A DNA stretch of 64,000 nt, taken from the NCBI GenBank assembly GCA_965203515.1, contig OZ241907.1, forward strand, positions 1,216,001 to 1,280,000, in the 5' to 3' direction. This DNA comes from Spirochaetia bacterium. Lineage in GTDB: Bacteria > Spirochaetota > Spirochaetia > SZUA-6 > Bin103. Every line of letters begins with the position of its first letter. The stretch's first letter is position 1. Shown here one piece after another: positions 49,560-59,631 of the stretch. Under the pieces are notes generated by a model, which made no database searches, was not told the DNA's origin, and worked only from the letters and a program-made list of their open reading frames with translations. The position numbers were made by a program, and so were the translations under genes.

Positions 49560-50915
49560 TCACTGATCGCGGATGCCTTCGGCGATCGGGGTCGCCAGCG
49601 CGGCAAACACCGGCACGACTCCCAACAGCCCGCCCACGGCGAGCGCCGCGGCGATGCCGATGAGCACGCTGCCCGGCGAGATGACGCCGCCCAGGTCGGC
49701 GGCCGTCACGCCGCGTAAGACCGGCGCCACCAGCTCGGTGAGCGGACCGGACAGGAACCGGCTCAGGACCACGCCGAGCGCCGCCGCGGCGCCTACCAAG
49801 AGCAGCGACCGGGCCGCGAACTCGCGCAGGATCACCCCCTTCGAGGCCCCGAAGGCGCGGGCGATCGCGATCTGACGGCTCCGGCCCAGCACCTCCACCA
49901 GCATGATGCTGAGAATGCCCACGCAGCCGGTCACCAGCAACACGAAGCCCAACAGGTTCACCACCAGCGAGAAGGTCCGCACGGTCGAGCGCGCCTGGTC
50001 CAGGTCGGCGGTCGCCCCGCTCGGCTGCCCCTCCCACACCTCCACCGCGACGCCGTCGCCGTACTGCTGCGCCAGCGCGGCGCGCGCCTGACTCTCGATG
50101 GTCGCCACCTCACCTCCTTCGACGAGCAGCGCGACCCGCGACATCAGGTACCCCTCCATGAACGGCGCCGCCGCGCCGGGCACCACGGCGGCGGCGGGCA
50201 TCAGCATGTCAGCGATACCGTACGCACGGCGCTGCAGCTCGCCGGGGTCGGCGAACACGCCCCGCACCGTCACCGGCGGCGCCAGAGCGGCCCGAAGCTT
50301 GTCGATCCCCGCGTCGACCACCGCGTCGACCGCCGCGTCGACGTCCACGCCCGCCGGCATCGAGATCGTCGGGGTCGCCGGCATCGGCGGGCGGATGATC
50401 TGACCGATCGCGTCGACCGGCGACCCGAACAGCATCTCCGCCATCGTGGCGGAGACCAGCGCCTGGAGTTCCCCGGTCGCCGGCATCGCCGCGGTGAGGG
50501 GTGATCCGGCGATGAGCTGCAGGCCCATCACCTGCAGGTACGACTCGCCGACGCCCAGCACGCTTCGGACTTGGTAGGTGGCGCCGGCGATCTCGAATTC
50601 GGTCCAATCGGCCCTCGTCACCGGGCTCGCCGCGCGCGCGCCGGCGACGCCATGCAGGAGCGCGCCGACCACCTGCCGGTCGAACTGAAACGGTTTGACG
50701 GCCTCCAGTCCTCCGTGTGAGGCCCGTCGCGCGTTGGCGACCATGACCACGCGGCCGTCCCGTTCCAGGTGCTCGGCGATCGTCCGCGCAAAGGCGCTGC
50801 CGATCGACAGCGCGCAGATCAGCACGCCCACGCCCAGCCCTACCGTAGCCAGGGTGATGCACGACTTGACCGGGGAGCGCGCCAGGCTGGTCAGGACCGA
50901 TCGCAACGTCCGCAT
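49560..50915 (-). CDS. MacB/FtsX-like ABC permease
   Basis: N-terminal TM, periplasmic domain, GILSIMLVEVLGRSRQIAIARAFGAS. Confidence 0.85.
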   Translation of the reverse strand: MRTLRSVLTSLARSPVKSCITLATVGLGVGVLICALSIGSAFARTIAEHLERDGRVVMVANARRASHGGLEAVKPFQFDRQVVGALLHGVAGARAASPVTRADWTEFEIAGATYQVRSVLGVGESYLQVMGLQLIAGSPLTAAMPATGELQALVSATMAEMLFGSPVDAIGQIIRPPMPATPTISMPAGVDVDAAVDAVVDAGIDKLRAALAPPVTVRGVFADPGELQRRAYGIADMLMPAAAVVPGAAAPFMEGYLMSRVALLVEGGEVATIESQARAALAQQYGDGVAVEVWEGQPSGATADLDQARSTVRTFSLVVNLLGFVLLVTGCVGILSIMLVEVLGRSRQIAIARAFGASKGVILREFAARSLLLVGAAAALGVVLSRFLSGPLTELVAPVLRGVTAADLGGVISPGSVLIGIAAALAVGGLLGVVPVFAALATPIAEGIRDQ

Positions 50916-50928
50916 CGGAGTGAGCGTC

Positions 50929-52245
50929 CTACTCGCAGCGGATCGCGTCGGCTGCCGGCAGCCGCGCCGCCGCGGCTGCCGGCAGCACGTTGCAGGCCGC
51001 GACGATCGTCCAGGCGGCCGCGACGCCGGCGACGACCAGACCGGCGTGCAGGGCGCCGAAGCCGATCGTCCGCTCCATCAGCCCGGACAGCAGCGCCGCC
51101 AGTCCCAGACCGGCGGCGGCCCCGGCCGCGCCGACGATGAGCGCCTCCAGAAAGAAGACGGCGAACACCTGCGGCACGCTGGCCCCCACCGCCTTGAGGA
51201 TGCCGACCGAGCGCTGCCGGCGTACGGCGCGGCTGTAGAAGATATTGGTCATGTTGACAGCGGCGATCAGCAGCGCCGACAGCGCCAGGAACAGGATGAT
51301 CGTCACCAGGCGACGGTATCGGTCGTTGATCGCTTCGTACACGTCCCGCGGGATGCTGATCGCCACGGCGCCCTCCCCGTAGACGGCGTCGAAGTGATTG
51401 GCAAGCTGCGCGCGAGCGTTGACCAGGTGATCGGGGTCGGCGACCGTGAATCGCAGGCTGGCGGCCATGGCCGCACCCTTGAACCCCCGGAATCGGTCGG
51501 CGGCAAGCGGCGCCGGCGTGAACGCCTGCTCGTCCTCCACCGTCCCGGTGGGAGCCAGCACGCCGATGATGCGGTAGAGACGGTCGAGCGACAGCACCTG
51601 CCGGTTCAGGGGCTGCCCATCCTCGAACAACGTCGATCCGGCGCGCGAGCCCAACACCAGCACCGGCTCGCCTCGACCCACGTCCTCATCGGTAAAGAGG
51701 CTGCCGGCCGCGGCGGTCAGGCCGCGCGCGGCGAAGAACTCCGGCGTCACTTCCCACCCAAGCAGGAGCTCCAGTTGCGGTTTTGGGCCGTCAGGCGTCG
51801 ACGCCGGCGGCTGGAAGAAGCCGGCCGACTCCTTCGCCGCCCCGGCGCCGCCCGATGTCTTGGCCGAGCCGGCCGGCGCCTTCAGCTCCCCCGGCAGCTC
51901 CCCCGGAAAGAAGACGGTCGGGTTCGACAGATAGGCGTACTGGACCGCCTCGGTCGCCGAGCGCGCGCGCTCCAGATCGTCGACGGTCAGCACCACGTCG
52001 GTCGCGGTCCGCACCCGCACCGGCAGCGCCATCGTCGAGGTGTCGGCGCGCGTGGCGACGACGATCTCGCGGAAGCGCGGCAGTTCCAGCATCTCCCGGG
52101 ACCGCGCCCGCGTGGTGCCGGCCAGCGTGAGACCGGCCGCGGTGGCGCCGATCGCCAGCGCCACGCCGAGCGCCAGCAGCAGCGATTCCGCCGGGCGGCC
52201 GAGCAGCGCCCGCACGCTCATGCGCAGGTCCTCGCGGAAGATCAC
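50929..52245 (-). CDS. MacB/FtsX-like ABC permease
   Basis: VNMTNIFYSRAVRRQRSVGILKAVGAS, PAAAAARLPAADAIR. Confidence 0.85.
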   Translation of the reverse strand: MIFREDLRMSVRALLGRPAESLLLALGVALAIGATAAGLTLAGTTRARSREMLELPRFREIVVATRADTSTMALPVRVRTATDVVLTVDDLERARSATEAVQYAYLSNPTVFFPGELPGELKAPAGSAKTSGGAGAAKESAGFFQPPASTPDGPKPQLELLLGWEVTPEFFAARGLTAAAGSLFTDEDVGRGEPVLVLGSRAGSTLFEDGQPLNRQVLSLDRLYRIIGVLAPTGTVEDEQAFTPAPLAADRFRGFKGAAMAASLRFTVADPDHLVNARAQLANHFDAVYGEGAVAISIPRDVYEAINDRYRRLVTIILFLALSALLIAAVNMTNIFYSRAVRRQRSVGILKAVGASVPQVFAVFFLEALIVGAAGAAAGLGLAALLSGLMERTIGFGALHAGLVVAGVAAAWTIVAACNVLPAAAAARLPAADAIRCE

Positions 52246-53522
52246 GGTGAAGCCGCGGCGCCGCCGAATACCCAACGGTCCAGAAAGTCGTTGCGGAACC
52301 GGCCGCGCGGGTCGAGCTCGCGGGCGGCGCCGCGGAAGCGTTGCAGCGACGCTCCGTAGACCCGCTCCAGGTAGTCCGGCGAGCAGGTGAACAGCTTGCC
52401 CCAGTGCGGCCGGGCGGCGTACGGCGCGAGCGCCTCCTCGACCTGCGGCAGCACGGCGCGCGCCGCCGGCCAGTCGTTCCGCCAGGAGAAGTGGATCGCC
52501 AGCGAGTCGCGGCCGCAGAACGGGCTCAACCAGAACCGGTCGCCGGCCACCGCGCGGAGCTCGGTCATTTGCAGCGCCGGCCTGATGCGGGAGCCGAGCG
52601 CGCCGACGGCGGCGATCGCGGCCGGCGCATGCTCCCAGGGCACGAAGTACTCGGTCTGCAGCTCGTCGCCCGACCCCGGCACCCGGTCGACGCGGAAGTG
52701 CGGCAGCCGCAGGTGCCACGGCCCCGCGGTGCGCTGTTCGGTGCAGGCCGCCGCGGACCCCTCCGGCAGCGGATGGCGGTCGCGCGCGGTGGCCGGCACG
52801 CCGAGCAGTGACTCCGCCTCCGGGCGCGCCGGCGCCCGATCGTCGTCCTCCGCCACGATCCGCTTCACCCAGACGTCCGCGTGGGGCCGGTCCTCCCAGG
52901 CGGTGAACAGGCTGACGCTCCAGGCGCGCGCCATGACCGCCTCCGGATCGGCGACGATCCGGTCGAGCGGGACGCGCTCGTGGACGTGCTGGATCATGCG
53001 GAACGCGGGCCGCAGCCGCAGCGTCAGCGCCGTCACCACGCCCAGCGCGCCCAGGCTCACGGCCGCCGCCGGGAAGCGGCCATCGTCCCGCGCCAGCGTG
53101 ACCGGGTCGCCGTCCGCGGTGAGCAGCTCCACCTCGTCGATCTGCGTCGCCAGGCATCCGAGCCGCCGGCCCGAGCCGTGCGTGGCGGTCGCGCAGGCGC
53201 CGGCCACGGTCACGTGCGGCAGCGAGGCGAGGTTGTCGAGCCCCCAGCCGGCCGCGTGCAGCCGCGGGCAGAGCTCCCCGTAGGTCCAGCCGGCGCTCAC
53301 CCGCGCCCGGTGGCGGGCGCTGTCGATGTCGACCTGGCGCGGCAGCGCCGCCAGATCGACCAGATCGCCGCCGGTGTCCGCCACGCGGTTGAAGGAGTGC
53401 GCGGCTCCCACGACCCGCACCTGTCGGGCGCCGGTGACCGCCCGCCGCAGTTCCTCCATGCTCCGCGGCCGGTGCCGGCGCAACGGCCGGAAGCGGACGT
53501 TTCCCGCCCAATTGGCGGTCAT
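52242..53522 (-). CDS. FAD-linked alditol/xylitol oxidase-like protein (VAO/ALO family)
   Basis: NWAGN, GAAHSFN, NLASLPH..ATATHGSG, ELQTEY, RPHWGK. Confidence 0.9.
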   Translation of the reverse strand: MTANWAGNVRFRPLRRHRPRSMEELRRAVTGARQVRVVGAAHSFNRVADTGGDLVDLAALPRQVDIDSARHRARVSAGWTYGELCPRLHAAGWGLDNLASLPHVTVAGACATATHGSGRRLGCLATQIDEVELLTADGDPVTLARDDGRFPAAAVSLGALGVVTALTLRLRPAFRMIQHVHERVPLDRIVADPEAVMARAWSVSLFTAWEDRPHADVWVKRIVAEDDDRAPARPEAESLLGVPATARDRHPLPEGSAAACTEQRTAGPWHLRLPHFRVDRVPGSGDELQTEYFVPWEHAPAAIAAVGALGSRIRPALQMTELRAVAGDRFWLSPFCGRDSLAIHFSWRNDWPAARAVLPQVEEALAPYAARPHWGKLFTCSPDYLERVYGASLQRFRGAARELDPRGRFRNDFLDRWVFGGAAASP

Positions 53523-53587
53523 CGGGGAGGAACGGAACGCCGGATCGTTGCTGCGGTCTTCACGTGCTCATGGCATGCTGCCATGGA

Positions 53588-54787
53588 ATGGCCGATCGGT
53601 TCATCGTCGTCGGCGCCGGCATCTTCGGCGTCACGGCGGCGCTGGGGCTGCGCGCCCGCGGCCACGCGGTGACGCTGCTGGACGCCGGCCCGATCCCGGC
53701 GCCGCTGGCCGCCAGCACCGACATCAGCAAGGTCGTGCGCATGGAGTACGGCGCCGACCGCCGCTACATGGCGCTCATGGAGGCGGCCCGCGCCGGCTGG
53801 CTGCGCTGGAACGAGCGCTGGGCGGCCGACGGCGCCGGGCCGCTCTACCACGAGACCGGGGTGCTGATGGTCGCCCGCGACCGCATGGCGCCGGGCGGCT
53901 TCGAGCACGACAGCTACCGGTCGCTGCTCGCTCGCGGCCACCGCCCCGAACGGCTGGACGCGCCGGCGATCGCGCGGCGCTACCCCGCCTGGAGCACCGG
54001 CCGCTTCGTGGACGGCTTCTACCACCGCATGGGCGGCTACGCGGAGAGCGGCACGGTGGTGGCCGCGCTGGCGCGGCAGGCGCAGGCCGCCGGGATCGAG
54101 GTCTCCGCGCGCACCCGCGCGGCGGCGCTGGTCGAGGAGGCGGGCCGCGTGCGCGGCGTGCGCACCGACCGGGGCCGCACGCTCGACGCCGCCGGCGTGG
54201 TCATGGCCGCCGGCGCGTGGGCCGGAACGCTGCACCCTCCCCTGTCGCGCGCGATCCGGGCCAGCGGCCATCCGGTGTTCCATCTGCGGCCGGCCGACCC
54301 CGCCCCGTTCCGGGCGGATCGGTTTCCGACCTTCACCGCCGACGTGGCGCGCACCGGCTACTACGGGTTTCCGGTCAACGCGGACGGAGTGGTCAAGATC
54401 GCCTCGCACGCGCTGGGCCGGCCGATCGACCCCGACGCGCCGCGGTCCGTGGCGCCGGGCGCTGAGACGCGGCTCCGCCGGTTTCTGGCCGACACCTTCC
54501 CGGCCCTGGCCGGCGCCCCGGTCGTCTCCACGCGGCTGTGCCTGTACGCCGACACCCAGGACGAGGACTTCTGGATCGCGCGCGATCCCGATCGGGACGG
54601 GCTGACCGTGGCCGGCGGCGGCAGCGGCCACGGCTTCAAGTTCGCGCCGGTGCTCGGAGCGCTGATCGCCGACGCGGCGACCGGCGCGGACAACCCCGCG
54701 CTCGCTCGATTTCGCTGGCGGCCGGAAGTGACCCTGGCGCACGGCACCGAGGCGGCCCGGTGCCACCTCCCCGGCGTCGACGGCTGA
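53588..54787 (+). CDS. FAD-dependent amine oxidase (sarcosine/fructosyl-amine oxidase family)
   Basis: VGAGIFG, STDISKVVR, RLCLYADT, GSGHGFKFAPVLG. Confidence 0.87.
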   Translation: MADRFIVVGAGIFGVTAALGLRARGHAVTLLDAGPIPAPLAASTDISKVVRMEYGADRRYMALMEAARAGWLRWNERWAADGAGPLYHETGVLMVARDRMAPGGFEHDSYRSLLARGHRPERLDAPAIARRYPAWSTGRFVDGFYHRMGGYAESGTVVAALARQAQAAGIEVSARTRAAALVEEAGRVRGVRTDRGRTLDAAGVVMAAGAWAGTLHPPLSRAIRASGHPVFHLRPADPAPFRADRFPTFTADVARTGYYGFPVNADGVVKIASHALGRPIDPDAPRSVAPGAETRLRRFLADTFPALAGAPVVSTRLCLYADTQDEDFWIARDPDRDGLTVAGGGSGHGFKFAPVLGALIADAATGADNPALARFRWRPEVTLAHGTEAARCHLPGVDG

Positions 54788-54839
54788 GCCGCGCGCCCCG
54801 ACCGGGACTCCGCCGGCCGGGCCAGCGCCGGCCGGGCTC

Positions 54840-56000
54840 TCAGTCGAGCACGCGGCGCCCGGTCTCATGCGCGCGCACCCACTCCCAGTCGATGTCGACC
54901 CCCAGACCGGGGCCGGTCGGCACCGGCACGTGGCCGCGGTCGTCGATCGCGTCGAGCGCGTCCGAATAGTCGGCGTACAACCCGCCGTGCCGGGCCGACG
55001 ACACCTTGGGATGGACCAGCCCCAGCTCGTAGTAGTTGGTGTTGCGGATCGCCGCCATGCACTGCCGCTGCGCCGGTCCGGGGCCGTGGAACTCGATGTC
55101 GATGCCGAGCGCTTCGGCGGCATGCGCGAGCTTGACCACCCCGGTGATGCCGTCGTAGCCCACGTCGCCGCGCACGAAGTCGGTCGCGTCGGCCAGCGCG
55201 AAGTCGATGTGCGGCTCCAGGGTGCGCACGTGCTCGGTCATCAACAGCGGCGTGCGGACGAGTTGGCGCAGCTTGCGGTGGGCGAACTGCGAGATGCCGC
55301 CGTCGCGGAACGGATCCTCATACCAGTAGTACCGCGCGTCGTCGCAGGCGCGGCCGACCTTGACCGCGTCCGCGAAGGTGCGCAGCTCGCACGCCGGGTC
55401 GAGCATCAGGTCCATCTCGTCGCCCACCGCGCGGCGCACCGCCAGCACGTTCTCCACCTCGCGGCCCACCGGCCCCTGCCCCCAGCCGTGGATCTTGAAC
55501 GCCGGATAGCCGATCTCCCGGCACTGCACCGCGAAGTCCGCGAACGCCTCCGGGGAGTCGAGGCCGCCGTTCTCGTCGCCGTGGTAGGTCGACGCGTAGC
55601 AGGGCACCGACTCCTTCCACCCGCCCAGCAGCCGGTAGATCGGCTGGTCGAGCAGCCGCCCGGCAAGGTCCCAGAGCGCGACGTCGACCGGCGCCACGCC
55701 GATGCGGGCCGACTGGCGCTGGGCGCGCTTGATCTCGTCGTAGATCAGCTCCCGCTGCAGGGCATGGCGGCCCTTGAGGAACGCCCACAGGCGAGGGATG
55801 ACGGCGACGTCGACCGGCGCCAGCCCGGCGCAGGCGCCGCTGACGCCGGCGTCGGTATGGACGACCAGGATCGTGCCGCCGGCCTGCAGCCGGGCGCCCG
55901 GCACGTAGACCTGATTGAACGTGTGGTAATCGGCGCCGAGCTCGCGCTGCTCGTAGCGGAAGTCGATCAGCTCGAGGCTGGTGATGATCGGATCGGCCAT
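54840..56000 (-). CDS. Mandelate racemase/muconate lactonizing enzyme family protein
   Basis: VDVALWDLAGR, KIHGW, LMLDP, WYEDP, PTGPGLGVDIDW. Confidence 0.88.
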   Translation of the reverse strand: MADPIITSLELIDFRYEQRELGADYHTFNQVYVPGARLQAGGTILVVHTDAGVSGACAGLAPVDVAVIPRLWAFLKGRHALQRELIYDEIKRAQRQSARIGVAPVDVALWDLAGRLLDQPIYRLLGGWKESVPCYASTYHGDENGGLDSPEAFADFAVQCREIGYPAFKIHGWGQGPVGREVENVLAVRRAVGDEMDLMLDPACELRTFADAVKVGRACDDARYYWYEDPFRDGGISQFAHRKLRQLVRTPLLMTEHVRTLEPHIDFALADATDFVRGDVGYDGITGVVKLAHAAEALGIDIEFHGPGPAQRQCMAAIRNTNYYELGLVHPKVSSARHGGLYADYSDALDAIDDRGHVPVPTGPGLGVDIDWEWVRAHETGRRVLD

Positions 56001-56007
56001 GGCTGCG

Positions 56008-56886
56008 CTACCCCCCGTACTCGAACGCCGGCACGCCGCGGGCGCCCGGAACGGCCCGGAACAGCGATCCGGCCAGCGGCTGCTCGGCCAGTTCGGCGGC
56101 CGTCAGCCGGTACGACGCGGAGGTGACGTAGAGCTGGTCGAGGTCCGGTCCGCCGAACGCGCACGAGGTCACGCAGGTGACCGGCAGCTCGATCGTCGCC
56201 AGATGCTGGCCGGTCTCCGGGTCGTAGCGCTTCACGGCGCCGCCGCCGAACAGGGCGATCCAGACCATGCCCTCCGCGTCGATGGTCATGCCGTCGAAGT
56301 GACCGTCGCCGTCGTTGCGGACCGTCACCCGCTCATTGGCGATCGAGCCGGTCTCCAGGTCGTAATCGAAGGCGCGCACGTCGTTCTTCACCGTGTCGAT
56401 GAAGTACATGGTGCGCGCGTCAGCGCTCCAGACGATGCCGTTGGAGATGCTGACGCGGCCGAGCTTGCGGGTGACCGTGCCGTCGGCGTCGAGGCAGTAG
56501 AGCGCTCCCTGCTCCCGATCGCGCATGCCGTCGAACGCCATGGTGCCGGCCCACAGCCGGCCGGCCGGGTCGCACTTGCCGTCGTTGAAGCGGTTGCCGG
56601 GCAGGTCGGCCTCCGGGTCGGCGATCGGCGTCATCCGTTCGGTCTCCGGATCGAGGCGCGCAAAGCCGTTGTGCAGGGCGACCACGACACCGCCCTTCGC
56701 CCGTGGTACAACGGTACCGACGGCCTGCAGCAGGTTGATGCCGCGGTTCTCGCCGGTTGCCGGATCGTAGAAGAACAGCAGATGGCCCAGGATATCGACC
56801 CACAGCAGGCGTTGGCGGCGCGCGTCCCAGATGGCGCCCTCGCCCACCAGACTGCGGCGATCGACGACCGTTTCGACGTCACTCAT
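56008..56886 (-). CDS. SMP-30/gluconolactonase family protein
   Basis: GEGAIWD, RFNDGKCDPAGRLWAGTM, SNGIVWS, DGMTIDAEG, TSCAFGG. Confidence 0.93.
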   Translation of the reverse strand: MSDVETVVDRRSLVGEGAIWDARRQRLLWVDILGHLLFFYDPATGENRGINLLQAVGTVVPRAKGGVVVALHNGFARLDPETERMTPIADPEADLPGNRFNDGKCDPAGRLWAGTMAFDGMRDREQGALYCLDADGTVTRKLGRVSISNGIVWSADARTMYFIDTVKNDVRAFDYDLETGSIANERVTVRNDGDGHFDGMTIDAEGMVWIALFGGGAVKRYDPETGQHLATIELPVTCVTSCAFGGPDLDQLYVTSASYRLTAAELAEQPLAGSLFRAVPGARGVPAFEYGG

Positions 56887-56928
56887 GACCGTGCCGTTAT
56901 AGCACGGAGCGCGCGGCCGGCGCCCGCC

Positions 56929-57600
56929 GTGACCGGCGCGCAGCGCACGGCGCTCATCGTGCAGGGCGGCTGGGACGGCCACGAGCCGCGCCGGGTGAGC
57001 GATCTGTTCCGGCAGGTCCTGGAGCGCGAAGGCTTTGCGGTCACCGTCGCCGACCGCCTGGAGGCGCTGGAGGACGCGGAGCTGCTCGGCCGGATCGACC
57101 TGCTGGTGCCGATCTGGACCATGGGCAGGATCGGCGCGGAACAGGTGGAGGGCGTCTCCGGAGCGGTGGCGGCCGGCGTCGGCATGGCCGGCTGCCACGG
57201 CGGCATGTGCGACGCGTTTCGCGACTCCACGCTGTGGCAGTTCATCACCGGCGGCAACTGGGTGGCGCACCCGGGCGGGGACGGCACCTGCTACACGGTC
57301 AACGTCCGCGCCTCATCCAGCGGCATCACCGACGGCATCCGGGACTTCACGGTGCGCTCCGAACAGTACTACCTGCACGTCGATCCGGCGGTGGAGGTGC
57401 TGGCCACCACCCGGTTCCCGGTAGCCGACGGCCCGCACGCCGCCAACGGCGCGGTCGACATGCCGGTGGTCTGGACCAAACGCTGGGGCGCCGGCCGCGT
57501 CTTCTACAACTCGCTCGGTCACCGCGCCGACGTGATCGCCGCGCCCGCTCCGCTGGAGCTGATGCGGCGCGGCTTCCTGTGGGCGGCGGCCGGCCGCTAG
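56929..57600 (+). CDS. ThuA-like domain protein
   Basis: GGWDGHEP, GCHGGMCDAFR, SEQYYLHVDP, GRVFYNSLGH. Confidence 0.9.
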   Translation: MTGAQRTALIVQGGWDGHEPRRVSDLFRQVLEREGFAVTVADRLEALEDAELLGRIDLLVPIWTMGRIGAEQVEGVSGAVAAGVGMAGCHGGMCDAFRDSTLWQFITGGNWVAHPGGDGTCYTVNVRASSSGITDGIRDFTVRSEQYYLHVDPAVEVLATTRFPVADGPHAANGAVDMPVVWTKRWGAGRVFYNSLGHRADVIAAPAPLELMRRGFLWAAAGR

Positions 57601-57605
57601 CGTCG

Positions 57606-58718
57606 GTGGGTACGGCGCGCGCCGGACACGGCGCCGGCGTCGAGCCGGTCCGCATCGGCCTGATCGGCTGCGGAAAGATCAGCGCCGCCTACCTGCAGGC
57701 GGCGCCGTCCTATCCCGTGTTCGACATCGTCGCATGCGCGGATATCGATCGGACGGCCGCCGCGCGCACCGGCGCCGCGTTCGGCCTGCAGGCGATGAGC
57801 GTCGACGCGCTGCTGGCGCGCGGCGACCTCGACGCGGTCCTCAACCTGACCGTGCCGGCCGCGCACGCGCCGGTGAACCTGGCGGCGTTGCAGGCCGGCA
57901 AGCACGTCTATTGCGAGAAGCCGTTTGCCGTCGATCCCGCCGCCGGAGCGGAGGTCCTGGCCGCGGCGCGCGAGCGCGGACTGCGGGTCGGCAGCGCGCC
58001 CGACACCTTCCTGGGCGCCGGCCACCAGACGGTGCGCGCGCTGGTCGACGCCGGCCGCATCGGCCGCGTGGTGGCGGCGACCGCGATCTGGATGAACCGC
58101 GGGCACGAGGCATGGCACCCCAACCCCGCCTTCTACTACGCGCCCGGCGGCGGCCCGCACTTCGACATGGGACCCTACTACCTGACCGCGCTGGTGCACG
58201 CCCTGGGGCCGGTGCGGTCGGTCACGGCCATGGCCGGCCGGGCGTTCGACACCCGTACCGTGGGCTCCGGGCCGAACGCCGGGGCGGTGGTGCCGGTGCA
58301 GGTCGATACCCACCTGTCCGGCGCGTTGGAGTTTGCAAGCGGCTGCATCGGCACCCTTGCCATGAGCTTCGACGTGTGGCGGCACGCGCATCCCTGCCTG
58401 CAGCTGTACGGCACCGCGGGGAGCATCTCCACCCCGGATCCCAACGGTTTCGGCGGACCGGTGCTGGTCGCCGACCCCGGCGGCGATTGGACCGAGGCGC
58501 CGCTCGGCGCCGGACCCACCCGGAACGCGCGCGGCATCGGCCTGGCCGATCTCTGCACCGGCCTGCGGACCGGCGCGCCGCACCGGTGCAACGGCGAGTT
58601 GGCGCAGCACGTGCTGGAAGTGATGGCCGCCCTCGACCGCTCCGTCGAGCAGCGCGGCCGGGTCGCGATCGAGTCCCGGCCGGTCCGGCCCGGCCCCGTT
58701 CAGGCCGAATCGGCCTGA
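57606..58718 (+). CDS. Gfo/Idh/MocA family oxidoreductase
   Basis: IGLIGCGKIS, AGKHVYCEKP, SAPDTFLG, DMGPYY; start position uncertain. Confidence 0.9.
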   Translation: MGTARAGHGAGVEPVRIGLIGCGKISAAYLQAAPSYPVFDIVACADIDRTAAARTGAAFGLQAMSVDALLARGDLDAVLNLTVPAAHAPVNLAALQAGKHVYCEKPFAVDPAAGAEVLAAARERGLRVGSAPDTFLGAGHQTVRALVDAGRIGRVVAATAIWMNRGHEAWHPNPAFYYAPGGGPHFDMGPYYLTALVHALGPVRSVTAMAGRAFDTRTVGSGPNAGAVVPVQVDTHLSGALEFASGCIGTLAMSFDVWRHAHPCLQLYGTAGSISTPDPNGFGGPVLVADPGGDWTEAPLGAGPTRNARGIGLADLCTGLRTGAPHRCNGELAQHVLEVMAALDRSVEQRGRVAIESRPVRPGPVQAESA

Positions 58719-58719
58719 G

Positions 58720-58773
58720 CGCCGGGGAGCGTTCCTGCCGGGAGCCGGGGAGCCGGGGAGCCGGGGAGCGTTC
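58720..58773. repeat. 8-bp gccgggga tandem array bracketed by a repeated gccggggagcgttcc
   Basis: Directly visible between convergent genes. Confidence 0.85.
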
Positions 58774-58774
58774 C

Positions 58775-59533
58775 CTACAGCGACGAACGCACGTCGTCGA
58801 GCCGTCGCCGCGTCCGTGCGGCGCCGTCGGCGAGCATCCCGTAGTCCCCGGTAGCCAGCACGAACAGGAAGCCCTCCCGCAGGTGCTGGTCGGCGGCGGG
58901 GCCGCCGGTGGCGATGCCGGGAAACCGGCCCAGCTCCAGGCAGAGGTCGCGGACCTGCAGCTGCATGCGCGCCTGCGCCGCTCGATCGACCGACGGACCG
59001 AGGGAGTTGCCCAGGTCGGCCGGTCCGATCATGCAGCCGTCCACGCCGTCCACGGCCAGGATCTCCCGAGCCGCGTCGACCGCCTGCCGGGTCTCGATCT
59101 GGACCATCAGGCAGATCTCGTCGTCGACCGACTCGACGTAGTCCGCGCCGTAGCTCAGGCACCCCGGCCTGCCGCCCAGGGAGCGGTCGCCGTACGGCGG
59201 ATACCTCACCGCCCGCGCGGCGGCGCGCGCCTCTTCCGGCGAGTTGACCATCGGCACGACCACGGTCAGGGCGCCGCGATCGAGCACGCGGCCGATCGCT
59301 GCGTAGTCGTTGCCGGTCACGCGCACCGATGGGGTCGCCGGCCCCGCGCAGATGTGGTGGAACGCCTGCTGAGCGGTGTCGTCGGTCCAGACGCCGTGCT
59401 GCATGTCGACCTGCACGAAGTCGAACCCGGCCTGCGAGCAGAGCTCGCCGGCCACCGGGCAGCCCAGTCCCAACTCCGCGCCGACCACCGGCCGTCCCGC
59501 CTGCATCGAGCGCTTCATCGTGTTCGTTTTCAT
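58775..59533 (-). CDS. HpcH/HpaI class II aldolase
   Basis: GFDFVQVDMQHG, PMVNSPEEA, YPPYG.R, VQIET, IGPADL. Confidence 0.92.
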   Translation of the reverse strand: MKTNTMKRSMQAGRPVVGAELGLGCPVAGELCSQAGFDFVQVDMQHGVWTDDTAQQAFHHICAGPATPSVRVTGNDYAAIGRVLDRGALTVVVPMVNSPEEARAAARAVRYPPYGDRSLGGRPGCLSYGADYVESVDDEICLMVQIETRQAVDAAREILAVDGVDGCMIGPADLGNSLGPSVDRAAQARMQLQVRDLCLELGRFPGIATGGPAADQHLREGFLFVLATGDYGMLADGAARTRRRLDDVRSSL

Positions 59534-59560
59534 GTGTGATTCCCGTTCCGTCGGTGTGGC

Positions 59561-59596
59561 AAACCGCGACCGGGAGCGCGAACGCCCCCGGTCACG
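59561..59596 (-). terminator. Terminator-like hairpin with TTT after the SBP gene
   Basis: - strand cgtgaccggg-ggcgttcgcgct-cccggtcgcg-gttt. Confidence 0.55.
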
Positions 59597-59631
59597 ACTC
59601 GATTTCGGTCTGTCCGTGCGATGCCCGCCGA

